DNA of 64,000 nucleotides, from the NCBI GenBank assembly GCA_964016885.1, contig OZ024751.1:41602001-41666000 (forward strand), given 5' to 3'. The notes beneath the pieces are model-generated. The model ran no database searches and was not told where the DNA came from. It saw only the letters and a list, made by a program, of their open reading frames with translations. Below, in pieces: positions 1 to 14,969 of the stretch (position 1 is the stretch's first letter; each line of letters starts with the position of its first letter). Source of the stretch: Eledone cirrhosa. Taxonomy: Eukaryota. Position numbers and translations under genes: made by a program.

Positions 1-435
1 GTTTCGTTGATGGTTAAGTTCTGTATTGATAACTCAGTAATAATTGTTTCTACTTTTGGCATAAGGCCAGCAATTATCCTAGTGTATTACTGGTACTTTA
101 TTTTATCGACCCCGTAAGGATGAAAGGCAAAGTTAACCTCGGGTAGAGGTAGACAACTAAAATAAAGAAATTTCAGTAATGTATTGGCAGCAAAGAGCAG
201 GTGATTTCTCCAGAGGAAATAAATACGACGGCAGACAGACAGACATTGCAATACACATACACTCAAATATACATATATATGATAATATGTACACACACAT
301 ATATATATAAATATATGCACAGACACACATACACACACACACATATATATAGATAAAATATTTACATCAAATAATAGTAAACTGGTAAGGTAATTATTGC
401 CCCCACCCCCTCTCTCTCTATATATATATACTGTA

Positions 436-507
<72 letters not shown>

Positions 508-788
508 GGTAAACAGAAATAACAACACAATCGGTACAGTATAAGGAAGGTATATATTAGGTTAACGCTTGATATAGCAGGAAGAGGGTCTTAACGTTTC
601 GGACGCTAGTCCTTTATCCGAAGAAAGAATGAGAAATAAGATAGATTGAGGGGACGGGCGGGTTGGATTTGTAAAAAATGTCTTTAGATAAAAATAACAG
701 GTCCATTCATGTTGACATCTCTTGCAAAAGCGTTGGCGTTTTGTGTGTGATTTATTTTTTAGAAAAGTGGATGATATATATATATATT

Positions 789-829
<41 letters not shown>

Positions 830-1389
830 AGATTCAGGATCCCGACGGCTGAGCTCTGGCCGTCTCGACAGCTAGATCAGAACTCCAGATCTAGCTGTCG
901 AAACGACCGGAGCCCAGTTGTCGGGGTCCTGAAACTTTTCACATTACCAACCCTACTACACCAAGTATTGAGTACTCTGGTGGGTTATGGTCTACCTGGT
1001 ATCTTACCACACATGCTCTGATATATATATATATACATCGACAGTCGATCGACTTTCGTCAAATCGGACCGAGGAAAGAATGTTTCCATTGGTCTTTCCA
1101 ATTGCTAATACTATATATCGGTCTCAACGCCAGGTAGAAGGAGCAACGTGAAATAAAGTCACCTGGAGAGAGAGGGGCGTTAGATAGATATATAGATAGA
1201 TAGGTAGATAGATAGAGAGAGTGAGAGAGAGAGCTACTAGATCTTCAGGTGTTTTACTAAAGTACCTTTACTACAAATATATGTTCAATCATATTCTACT
1301 CGAAAACACTAAGACTATATATGAATTATAACAGTACGTAACATATACTGACTATTAAAATCAGTTGGATAGTCGATACATATATATAC

Positions 1390-1508
<119 letters not shown>

Positions 1509-1564
1509 GTGAGAGAGAGAGATACTCATATACATATATATGTATATATATATATGTATGGATA

Positions 1565-1624
<60 letters not shown>

Positions 1625-1829
1625 CATACATGTAGATACTTCTATGTATATATATATGTATGTATGTATATGAATATATGTATATATATATATATATATA
1701 TTTATATATAAATGTATGTATATATATACATATATATACACACACATTTATATATAAATGCATATACATACATATACGTATATATAGAGACGTACATATA
1801 CATATATATATATATATATATATATGTGC

Positions 1830-1940
<111 letters not shown>

Positions 1941-2020
1941 ACGAAGGAAATGTGGTAAGGAACCAGGTGGACCATAACGCACCAAAGTACTCAATACTTA
2001 GGGTGTTCCTATATATATAA

Positions 2021-2132
<112 letters not shown>

Positions 2133-2303
2133 ATTGATCAGTAACACCACCATTTTGTTACTAAACACTTATGCGTCGCTCATTGCAGCAGATTAATATA
2201 TCACCTTATAGTCATATAGGAAACATTGACAGAAATATCTTGTAATATAGATAAATTCTAACAAGTCTTTAATATTTATAGCTGAGCTCTCACCTACAAT
2301 ATA

Positions 2304-2724
2304 CGAGGGTCGACTGAAAGGTTTATAGGCTGACCAAGATACTCTCATGGAATGACCAAATGAGGTTTATTTTTTTAACATTGTTCTTGGAAAGAAACAA
2401 TGCATTTATTAATACGATGAGTTCAAACTATTGCATGCAGGATTTTACAGCTCTAGCATCACTTCTTCATAGTCAGCCTATGAACTTTTCAGCGGACCTT
2501 CGTGCATATATATATATATATACAGATGAGGGTCGGCTGAAAGGTGCATATGCTGACCAAGATACTCTCATGGAATGACCAAATGAGGTTTATTTTTCAA
2601 CATAGTCCCTGGAAAGAAACAATGCAGTTATTAATAAGAAAAGTTGAAATGAATGCATGCAAGATTTTACAACTCTAGCATGACTTCTTCATAATCAGCT
2701 TATGAACTTTTCAGTTGACCCTCG
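2304..2724 (+). mobile_element. Two tandem ~200-bp mariner-type MITEs (2304-2502, 2527-2724)
   Basis: TA|CGAGGGTCGRCTGAAAGG ... CTTTTCAGYBGACCYTCG terminal inverted repeats. Further copies at ~18645-18785, 30595-30735 and 63465-63645. Confidence 0.75.
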
Positions 2725-2806
2725 GCGACCAAAATATTGGAATTATTTTTCTTTCACTTTTCCTTATTAATATACGATCATCTCTTCACAACTGTTTTAA
2801 TTTCAG

Positions 2807-2919
2807 GAACTAAAGGTATGAGGGCTGTGATATTTAACCTTTGCTCAATAGTGACAGAGATGAAAGAGCAGAGAGCCAGAGTTGAATCACTGAGCTTCTT
2901 CAAAATCACAAACAGCTGA
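2807..2919 (+). CDS. Weak candidate exon (TKGMRAVIFNLCSIVTEMKEQRARVESLSFFKITNS*)
   Basis: TTTTAATTTCAG|G acceptor followed by unique open sequence. An AAG|GTATGA donor-like site lies 9 nt in, so it could instead be a microexon or nothing. Confidence 0.2.
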
Positions 2920-3040
2920 TCAATATGCATCCTAAATATGGAAAATTAACCCTTTCCTGGTTAAATTAAAACCCTCCAATTTGATATATAATTAATTCTT
3001 TTTAAAAATATCTTTCATTGGGTATAACTTTTAAAGTTGG

Positions 3041-3109
3041 TCATAACATTAAAGGACACACAGTCATAACATTAAAGGACACACAGTCATAACATTAAAG
3101 GACACACAG
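3041..3109. repeat. 23-bp tandem repeat x3
   Basis: GTCATAACATTAAAGGACACACA repeated three times. Confidence 0.9.
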
Positions 3110-3199
3110 CTTGCGAATAAGTGGAAAGGGGAGATTCGTATCTATTTTTGTTTTGTAACAAATCACTTTTACATTTGCCAAATAATTTATGAATTTGGC

Positions 3200-3450
3200 A
3201 GGTCTCTCCCATGCGGAGATATGCTACAATGTCTACGAGATAGGCCCCTCTCATACAGAAATGTTCTGTTATGTCTATGAGACAGGTCTCTTTCGTGCAG
3301 AGACATGCTGCTATATCTAAGAAGTAGGTCTCTTTCATACGGAGAGGTACTGCCATGTCTACGAGAGAGGTCCCTCTCATACAGAAATGTTCTGTTATAT
3401 CTACGAGGTAGGTCTGTTTTATGCGGAAATGTGCTATAATATCTATGAGT
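3200..3450. repeat. Diverged 42-bp tandem repeat, ~6 units
   Basis: Unit approximately TCTACGAGANAGGTCYCTYTCATRCRGARATGYTSYRWTATR. A 14-aa periodicity is visible in the ORF track. Confidence 0.85.
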
Positions 3451-3704
3451 AAACTCTATATTATTATTTGTGTGGTTTACTTGGTATTTTCTTTTAAAAA
3501 AACATAGGTATATCACACAGAAAGGGAGAAAGAGTGAGAGAGGGGGGTAGATAGTGAGAGAGAGAAAGAAATAGGTGGGTGGAGAGATAGGTTGAGTGGG
3601 AAAGAGTGTAAGAGAGAGAGAGAGGGGTAGATAGTGAGAGAGAAAAAGAAATAGGTGGGTGGAGAGATAGATTGAGTGGGAAAGAGTGTAAGAGAGAGAG
3701 AGAG

Positions 3705-3769
<65 letters not shown>

Positions 3770-4308
3770 AAGAGTCGCTAAATGTTATATCACTTTGCTC
3801 TGTCAGATAAATTATCGGTAAATGTGTCAGTATATTTGAGTTAACCAATAGGACCGCTTTCCTTATGAATTTATCAGATTCTTAGCCACATATGTACAGT
3901 TGTATATATGTGAGTGTGGTGGTGGTGGGGGGGGCATAACAAAGGGGGAAAACATACGAGGGATAGAATACATGAACGGAACAGACAAAGACAAGTTATA
4001 AATGCAATGCGAAGGGGTGTAGGAAAATGTTAGTATATACTAAATATTTGGTTCTGCCATAGAAAGTTCTTTTGGATAATAAAATAGATGTAAAGGGAAG
4101 CAAAGCTTGCCCCTCTCTAATTATATTAGCAATGCTGCTAGTGTTCTTGTACAAAGTATTCTACTGGAATAATGTTTATCGCCATTCTTGTTTGTCACTG
4201 ATACTAATAGCATATAATGTCGGCCAGCCCTCATGACAGTAACAAAGACATATCATACTACCTCTACAACCAACGCCGCCACCACTAACACGTGAAATAA
4301 CAGAACTA

Positions 4309-4352
<44 letters not shown>

Positions 4353-4634
4353 TAAAACATGTCTATAGAATCACAAGATAAAATATATACTATTTCCTCT
4401 CCCAATTAGCATAAATTATATATATATAATATAAGATCAAAAGATGGTTAAAAGTGTTCCAAGTATTTTATTATGCGCATTTCAAAAACAAATATCATCA
4501 TGAGATGATATCTGCGTTTTCATCAGATAAAATAGGGATACATCATATGATGGTTAAAAAAACACTTGTGAATAGTGAAGTTTTAAATCAACATATTTGC
4601 ATTGCTTTATTGTACTACAATAAAACTCACCTCC

Positions 4635-4749
<115 letters not shown>

Positions 4750-4933
4750 ATATATATATATATATATATTGGAAAATGTGTGAGATCCTTGGTGTCAGTT
4801 AGGTATATTTGAAAAAAGGAAAAGAATGACTTCACTTGTAATGTTAAAAAATGTTTGATTTAATTTTATTATATCATAATATTATGAGTTGGCAGATACA
4901 AAATCAAAAATTTTTTTAAAACCTTTTTTTCAA

Positions 4934-4964
<31 letters not shown>

Positions 4965-5197
4965 CAGATGCGAGAAAAACCACAAAACCTCCAGCTCAAT
5001 TCTACTTTTGTAAAGCATAAGAACTGTGAAACTGGTAAAGGAAACAAATAAATATTCTTAAAAAGACTCCAGTTGCGTTTTCGATTCCATCTTTTTTCCT
5101 CATACTTTCACGTGTGTAGGACATCTCGTTTTTTTTTTTTTCATTTAAAAAAAAACCTCATTTTCTTATACATATACGTATATATATATAATAATAT

Positions 5198-5643
5198 AAT
5201 AATTGTTTCTACTTTTGGCACAAGGCCAGCAATTACGCCAGTACATTACTGGTACTTTATTTTATCGACCCCGTAAGGATCAAAGGCAAAGTTAACCTCG
5301 GCAGGATTTGCCTTTCATCCTTATATAATAATATAATAATTGTTTCTACTTTTGGCACAAGGCCAGCAATTACCCCAGTACATTACTGGTACTTTATTTT
5401 ATCGACCCCGTAAGGATCAAAGGCAAAGTTAACCTCGGCAGGATTTGCCTTTCATCCTTATATAATAATATAATAATTGTTTCTACTTTTGGCACAAGGC
5501 CAGCAATTACCCAGTACATTACTGGTACTTTGTTTTATCGACCCCGTAAGGATCAAAGGCAAAGTTAACCTAGGCGGGATTTGAACTCAGAATGGCAAGG
5601 GCCGTAACTCTATGCATCAAAGCATGGCGTCCAACCCTCTACT
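5198..5643 (-). mobile_element. SINE family A with triplicated 3' half (~134-bp period)
   Basis: Three consecutive AATTGTTTCTACTTTTGGCACAAGG...AAGTTAACCT units. Only the last continues into the head. Confidence 0.85.
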
Positions 5644-5904
5644 ATAATAATATAATAATACAAGGGCGATTTGTTAAGCCTTCATTACGTTTATTGAGTT
5701 CAGTCGTCGGGGACTAACAATTTTCAATACATACACTCTACTCTCCTAAGTATCGAGTGTTTAGCTCTGAACATGGTCTTACTTGTTTAAATTAGTAACT
5801 CCCAATATATATATGCATCTATATATATATATAGAAAACATACAAATATTAATTAGCGAGAATCGTATTTCGGCTTAGAAATTAACGAAAAACAACTTCC
5901 GACA

Positions 5905-5964
<60 letters not shown>

Positions 5965-5973
5965 TGTATGTAT

Positions 5974-6154
<181 letters not shown>

Positions 6155-6413
6155 ACAATAACAGATTCAAGTTTAAGCAAAGAATCGGTGCTTTCACCCT
6201 TAACGGGATCTTCTGAAACTAACAAAGTCAATCTGTAAACGCAGAAGTGGATATTTCAAAAAACGTTGCAACCGGAGGAAGACGGCACTTTGGTTTGCTT
6301 AAACTTTAATCTGTTATTTTAATAAATATTTTGCTCTACGGTTTTTATATATTTGATATATATTTATCCTTATCGAGCCCTCTTTGGATTTTAGTCTCCA
6401 AATTTATTATTAT

Positions 6414-6549
<136 letters not shown>

Positions 6550-6794
6550 ATAGAGGTGTAACACACAAGTTATTATATATTGGTAAACGGAATAGAAAAT
6601 GTTGCGCATTTCTAAATGCTTTTCAAAAATAACTTTGAGATAGAGTGTCCGTGCTGTTTGCTCTGATCTTAACCACAACTCTGATCTTAAAACCACAACT
6701 GAATACTAACCCATACAATCACTAATACTCTTTTATTCCTAATTAAACCATTTTTCAACTGTGAACAATTTGTCAGCATTTTCTATTCCGTTTA

Positions 6795-6839
<45 letters not shown>

Positions 6840-7275
6840 TTATATGTGTGTGTTTATGTGAGTGTTTGTGTAGGTGTGCGCAAGCCTCTTTATGTGTGTG
6901 TAAATATATATATATATATATATATACACACAGATAAAGACGCGCGTACACCTACACATAATGCTATCATTGACGTGACCTTTAAAATCAGTGTGGAGTA
7001 ACAGCGTCAAAGAATTCTATCCGGACCACGTCTCGTAGCTTCCATCCACCCACACTACACCACATTGCACCCGACTACGCCACACTACACCCCATCACCC
7101 TACTACACGCTACTATAAATACATTTACACAACGTCCCTATAAGAAACTAGTGTAGTTGGTTTTGCAACTTGTCTACTAAACCAAACATTGTGTTCTTAT
7201 TTTTACCATTCTCACTTGTTTTACATTTTCACATTTAAAAAAATACAAAACATAAAAAACAAAAAAAACAGTGTC

Positions 7276-7276
7276 A

Positions 7277-7308
<32 letters not shown>

Positions 7309-7337
7309 AACTACTACTACAACTACTACTACTACTA

Positions 7338-7374
<37 letters not shown>

Positions 7375-7408
7375 TATTACTACTACCACCACCAACACTA
7401 CTACTACT

Positions 7409-7446
<38 letters not shown>

Positions 7447-7465
7447 CTCCACCACTACCTCCAAT

Positions 7466-7502
<37 letters not shown>

Positions 7503-7579
7503 TTACTACTACTACCACCACCACTACTACTACCACCACCAACACTACTACTACTACTACTACCACCACTACTACTACG

Positions 7580-7650
<71 letters not shown>

Positions 7651-7663
7651 CACTACTACTACT

Positions 7664-7717
<54 letters not shown>

Positions 7718-7738
7718 GCCACCACTACTACTACTACA

Positions 7739-7800
<62 letters not shown>

Positions 7801-7821
7801 TACTACTACTACCACCACCAA

Positions 7822-7857
<36 letters not shown>

Positions 7858-7876
7858 CTCCACCACTACCTCCAAT

Positions 7877-7913
<37 letters not shown>

Positions 7914-7990
7914 TTACTACTACTACCACCACCACTACTACTACCACCACCAACACTACTACTACTACTACTACCACCACTACTACTACG

Positions 7991-8028
<38 letters not shown>

Positions 8029-8031
8029 CAG

Positions 8032-8091
<60 letters not shown>

Positions 8092-8135
8092 TACCTCCAA
8101 TACCACCACTACTACTACTACTACAACTATCACAA
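7276..8135. repeat. (ACT/ACC)n microsatellite with higher-order duplication
   Basis: The interruption pattern CCTCCACCACTACCTCCAATACC recurs at ~7446 and ~7857, and partly at ~8090. Confidence 0.95.
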
Positions 8136-8259
8136 CCATCAATACTCTGGATGTATTAGAATTTCATTGGGGTTTTTTTCTTGCATTGATATTTGGAGAG
8201 ATCTCGTCTAAATGTATATTGGAAACGTGGATCTAAGCATCATCATCAACAGCAACAAC

Positions 8260-8331
<72 letters not shown>

Positions 8332-8698
8332 TTATTGTTTGTATATTTGAAACGCCTAGGCTAGAAACAATGATTATCATATAATTCAATGAAAAATAAC
8401 CGAAAATAGATTTTATTACAATACTAGACTTGTTCGTTGTTGTTATTGTTCTTGCTGCTGTTGCTGTTGTTGTTGTAAATATATGTAGCTAATCGAATGT
8501 ATCGCTAAATCACCACTTAATACACTCTCTCTATATATTGGATGAATCATGTGATTTATGTAATTACGAGGGAATAGCTGCAAGCAATAACTTTGTTACA
8601 AGATCCATTCTAGGATTTAACAATCCACAAGACATGCCTACTTAATGGTGCCGGGCATAGCATATTAATATTAATATTTATATATATACATATATACA

Positions 8699-8771
<73 letters not shown>

Positions 8772-8781
8772 ATATATACTT

Positions 8782-8832
<51 letters not shown>

Positions 8833-9190
8833 ATATATCCCTACACGCAAAAAGCGTCTAGGGACATATGTATTGTCCAACCATATGCCAATGTGGTTCA
8901 ATGGCAGGTTAATAAATTAACGAGCGAGAACATATATAATCAAGGTTTAGCAAATAAGAAAAAGTTTCAAAACAAATTTTATTCTCCTCTTGGTCGAGAT
9001 AAAATTTGGTCGTTCTGACTGCTGCTAGTTATTGTGGTAGTAGACTGACCTCCCTGCCTCTGCTTCTATCTTTACACACGGCACTGGACAGAATTGCTTC
9101 CACATCATTCATTCTCATCTCGGGAACAATTTTGAATAGCGCCAGTTCGTAATTTGAACTCGGGAATTTTATATTCTCCGAGTGAAAAGA

Positions 9191-9277
9191 ACCTTCTGAC
9201 GAGAGTTTATCTTTTCAATGGAAGCCCGCAAGGACTTTCCATTTATTTTTGAGACTCGAAACCGATTCGGTAAAGGT
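9191..9277 (+). ncRNA. Type I hammerhead ribozyme motif, complete canonical core, extended helix II
   Basis: P1 ACCTT/AAGGT; core CTGACGA (9196-9202); P2 GAGTTT...AGACTC with an inner AATGGAA/TTCCATT stem and GCAA loop; GAAA (9258-9261); P3 CCG-ATT-CGG; predicted GUA cleavage after 9272. Confidence 0.8.
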
Positions 9278-9466
9278 AACCATAGTGAGTACAGTGAATT
9301 TTTTAAAATTTATTTTGAAACTTTTTCTTATTTGCTAAACCTTGATTATATATATATCGAGAGAGAGAGAGGTAGAACACTGGAAGGTAATATCCGTAGT
9401 GGTAGAGTACTCAGTCCATGGGACGAGTTAGGTAGAAGTGGTTACACAACAGTTAGTTCACCATAC

Positions 9467-9504
9467 CGAGAACAATTGTTTCTCCTTAGCGGATCCTCAG
9501 CTCG
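9467..9504 (-). ncRNA. Minimal hammerhead (F6), intact; host element ~9368-9512
   Basis: CGAG CTGAGGA TCC-GCTAA-GGA GAAA CAATTG TT CTCG, with palindromic P3 CAATTG. Confidence 0.7.
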
Positions 9505-9510
9505 AACGAG

Positions 9511-9698
<188 letters not shown>

Positions 9699-9699
9699 T

Positions 9700-9754
<55 letters not shown>

Positions 9755-9925
9755 AAGAAAGTCTGGTAAGGAACCAGGTGGCCCATAACGCACCAGAGTA
9801 CTCAATACTTAGGGTAGTAGAGTGGGTAATAGGAAAAGCGTCAGGACCCCGACAGCTAGATCCGAACGGATCTCAGCTGTCGGGGTCCTGACACTTTTGC
9901 TATATATATATATATGTGTGTGTGT

Positions 9926-10007
<82 letters not shown>

Positions 10008-10144
10008 ATTTATTTATTATATTTATGTTTACATATAAATCTTCAGTCATAGCAAACACCTGATAAATCTTTTATGAAGCACCCGCATTTTTTTTTGGGT
10101 GGGGGGGGGCTATGTGAGTCATCACTTGACCACCTACATACATA

Positions 10145-10187
<43 letters not shown>

Positions 10188-10240
10188 ACACACACTGACA
10201 CACGCACACACTGACACACACACACACACATACACACACA

Positions 10241-10335
<95 letters not shown>

Positions 10336-10537
10336 ATACACCTATACACACTATATATTAGGACGTATGTTTCTTTTCATGAGTGAACAGACAGTTTAAA
10401 AATATATCGTAAACAACATCAGGTTAGCTATGATGGAATATATCTGTCATTTACATTAGGTTATATTTAGAAATTAGAGAGAACAAATAAAAAATTAACC
10501 ACCATCGCCACCACCACCATCATCAGTGAATATACAC

Positions 10538-11434
10538 AGTGTAGTTATATATATATAGTGTAGTTATATATATATACAGTGTAGTTATATATATATATAG
10601 TGTAGTTATCTCTCTCTCTCTCTCTCTCTCTCTATAGTGTAGTTATATATATATATATAGTGTAGTTATATATATATATACAGTGTAGTTATATATATAT
10701 ACAGTGTAGTTATATATATATATATATACATTGTAGTTATATATATATATATACAGTGTAGTTATATATAGTGTAGTTATATATATATATACAGTGTAGT
10801 TATATATAGTGTAGTTATATATATATACAGTGTAGTTATATATATATATACAGTGTAGTTATATATATATATATACGTTGTAGTTATATATATATATAGT
10901 GTAGTTATATATATATAGTGTAGTTATATATATATATATACAGTGTAGTTATATATATATACAGTGTAGTTATATATATATAGTGTAGTTATATATATAT
11001 ATACAGTGTAGTTATATATATATAAACAGTGTAGTTATATATATATATATACAGTGTAGTTATATATATATAGTGTAGTTATATATATATAGTGTAGTTA
11101 TATATATATATACACAGTGTAGTTATATATATATAGTGTAGTTATATATATATACAGTGTAGTTATATAAATATATATACAGTGAATTTGTATATATACA
11201 GTGTAGTTATATATATATAGTGTAGTTATATATATATATACAGTGAATTTGTATATATACAGTGTAGTTATATATATATAGTGTAGTTATATATATATAT
11301 ATATACAGTGAAGTTATATATATATATATATATACAGTAAAGTTATATATATATACAATGAAGTTATATATATATATATATATATATACAGTAAAGTTAT
11401 ATATATACAGTGTAGTTATATATATACAGTGAAG

Positions 11435-11468
<34 letters not shown>

Positions 11469-11760
11469 TGAATTTGTATATACACAATGAATTCATCTAT
11501 ACACAGTGAAGTTATATATATACACAGTGAATCTATATATATACAGTGAATTTATGTATATATAAACAGTGAAGTTATATATACACAATGAAGTTATATT
11601 TATGTATATACACAAGGCATTTATATATGTTTATGTATATTTATGTATATTTATGTATATTTATGTATATATACAAGGGATTTATATATGTTTATGTATA
11701 TTTATGTATATTTATGTATATATACACAAGGGATTTATATATATATACACAATGGATTTA
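10538..11760. repeat. Compound minisatellite (TA)n-(CA)GTGTAGT grading into GTGAAGT/GTGAATT and TTATGTATAT units
   Basis: Dozens of GTGTAGT cores separated by variable-length TA runs. Confidence 0.95.
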
Positions 11761-11784
11761 TATACACTGTCAATCCATCGCATA

Positions 11785-12055
11785 ATAATTGTTTCTACTA
11801 TTGGCACAAGGCCAGCATTACCCAGTACATTACTGGTACTTTAAATAATGGTTTCTGATGTAGGCACAAAGTCAGCAATTTTGCGGAAGTGGTAATGTCG
11901 ATTAAATCGACACCAGTACGTTACTGGTACTTTATTTTATCGACCCAGCGCGGATGAAAGGCAAAGTTAACCTCTGCAGGATTTGAACTGAAAATGTAAA
12001 GAGCCACAACTCTATGCCACAAAATCTGATGTCCGATGCTCTACTGACTCTGTCA
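11785..12055 (-). mobile_element. SINE family A fragments; others at 38-142, 16050-16185, 28290-28680 and 59995-60078
   Basis: Body motif TTATTTTATCGACCC...GGATGAAAGGCAAAG. Confidence 0.75.
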
Positions 12056-12242
12056 ACATGGCGTCCTTGTGTATTCTCTAATAATAAAATAACAAGAATT
12101 AAGAAATCTAGATGCAAAGCAAGTGATATAAAATGTATGTTGTGATTATATATATATATATGTGTGTATATATATATATATAATCACAAAATATATATAT
12201 ATATATAAGTGTATATATATATATATATATATATATTATAGG

Positions 12243-12454
12243 ACGATCGACTTTCGTCAAATCGGACCGAGGGAACAATGTTTCCGTTGGTCTTTCCAAT
12301 TGCTAATACTATCTATCGGTCGCAACTCCAGGTAGAAGGAGCAACGTGAAATAAAGTGTCTTGCTCAAGGACATAACGCATCGCCTGGTCCAGGAATCGA
12401 ACTCATAACCTTACGATTGCGAATCCAATTCTCTAACCACTCAGCCACACGCCT

Positions 12455-12458
<4 letters not shown>
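12243..12458 (-). mobile_element. tRNA-derived CORE-like SINE family B
   Basis: Minus strand: GTGAAGGCGTGTGGCTGAGTGGTTAG (A box), GAGTTCGATTCC (B box), GTCCTTGAGCAAGACACTTTATTTCAC (CORE-like). Other copies at 1045-1163, 15662-15789, 44707-44872 and a head only at 51410-51479. Confidence 0.8.
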
Positions 12459-12501
<43 letters not shown>

Positions 12502-13135
12502 ATATATATATACATACATACATGGTTAAATGCTGTGAGTAACAAACAACACATACATATATGTATGTATATATATATACATATATGTATGTATATATAT
12601 ATACATATATGTATGTATATATATATATACACACATATATGGTTAATAGCTGTGAGTTACAGACAACATATACACATACATACGAACTACAAAACAAAAA
12701 CACTTGAATGAAAATAACATATCCAACTCTATCACGTGCTTTGCATTACACCTTACCAAACAAATACCTACATTATCACCACATGCCTCTCTAACAACTT
12801 TCACACTACCTTAAACATTTATAACAATTATAACATGCTTTAACACCCCACACAAAATATGTTTATTTCAACTGCATTATAACTCTTTCCTCATACATGC
12901 CTTATTGACTGGATTGACTCCTGTATTGTACACCAATTGTCCTTGCTTATAACTTCTTTCCCTGTTTTTTTTTTTTACTTGTGATTTTTTTGTTTGTGCT
13001 TCTCACTTATACATCCTACACTTTCAACCAGTGCTGCCTGTAATTGTGTTCTTTCAAGCAGAACATCTTTTTAACTCCTGACTCTCCACATGTTACCTTT
13101 GACACTAACAACAATTATGTTTCGAACTTTCCTTA

Positions 13136-13182
13136 TGCTCCGATGATTCCAGACCTCCCTCTGGAAGAAACAGTTGTCAGCA
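13136..13182 (+). ncRNA. Type I hammerhead (F11) with U4-to-C change
   Basis: TGCT CCGATGA TTCCAGA-CCTCCC-TCTGGAA GAAA CAGTTG TC AGCA AATAAA. P2 is a perfect 7 bp and the site is GUC. Confidence 0.65.
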
Positions 13183-13312
13183 AATAAATGTTCTAACCTA
13201 AAATTTGATCGTTTTAACACTTTGTATATATATATATATATATAACTACACTATATATATATATTAACTACAGGAATGAAGGAAAAACAAACATAAAACA
13301 TATATATATACA

Positions 13313-13444
<132 letters not shown>

Positions 13445-13771
13445 ATGTTTGTTTTTCCTTTATTTCCTGTAATTATTACTAAAGTATTGTTGATTAACTC
13501 AAAATAGTTAAAAGAAATTAAATTATGAAATCGATTTTGTTCTATAGAATAATCTAAATCTGAACCAGTTATACTTTATATGACTACTCCTACCCCCCCC
13601 CTCTATCTCTCTATCTCTCTCTCTCTCTCTCTTTCTCACTCTCTCTCTCTTTCTTACTTTCTCTCTCTCTCTCCTCTCTCTCTCTCTCATTCGCTCCTTT
13701 GCTTACTCTCTTTACATCTATCTATCTCCCAATGTTCATATATATATATAGTCATTTATATATATATTGTC

Positions 13772-13805
<34 letters not shown>

Positions 13806-14632
13806 ATATATATGGATATATATATATATACATATATATATATACAAATATATATATATTTATACAATATTAATAAATGGAAACTATATTTATAAAACCA
13901 TATTTACTTCATTATACATATTTCAGGGATACCAAATTAAAATATGGTATGCCTTCATCAGACAAAATACAATATATAAACAATTTTATAAATAATTTTG
14001 ACGTACCCTATTAAATGCAACCATTATTTTTGGAAGCTGTCTGGATAGTGAAATGTTTATTATTTTATTAGTTATAGTGTTAAGCACAATTAGAAAAAGA
14101 CGGAGAGAAAGAAAGAAAAGACGGAGAGAGAGAAGGAGAGAGAAAGAAGGAGAGAGAGAAAAAGAAAACCTGGAGAAATATCGGAGAGAGAGAGAAATGT
14201 ATGTAGAAACGAGAGAGATAAATAGATAGGAGGAAATAAAAAGAAAGAAAAAAGGAAGAAATAAGAAAAACAAAGGAAAGCAACAGAGAGATAATAAGTC
14301 ATCATACAGATAGAAAAACTCAAGAGAGAGAAAATACTATATAGAGAGAGGGGGAGATAGTGACAACTTTACGTCATGTCATATTAAGTTGAGTTAACAA
14401 TTTATATGAAATGAATAATAAAAATATAAATATCAATATTCATGAATGGGACATAGATATATAATATGAGAAAATAACATTATTCAATAATGACCATATG
14501 TTTAGTTTAAAAACTTGAGATCAATATACCAAAATCTGAGTTAAATCCTTCAAAAAAATATATATATTTATACATATATATATAAGAAGAAGAAGATATG
14601 TGAACACCACACACATGCATATCATATGCATA

Positions 14633-14969
<337 letters not shown>

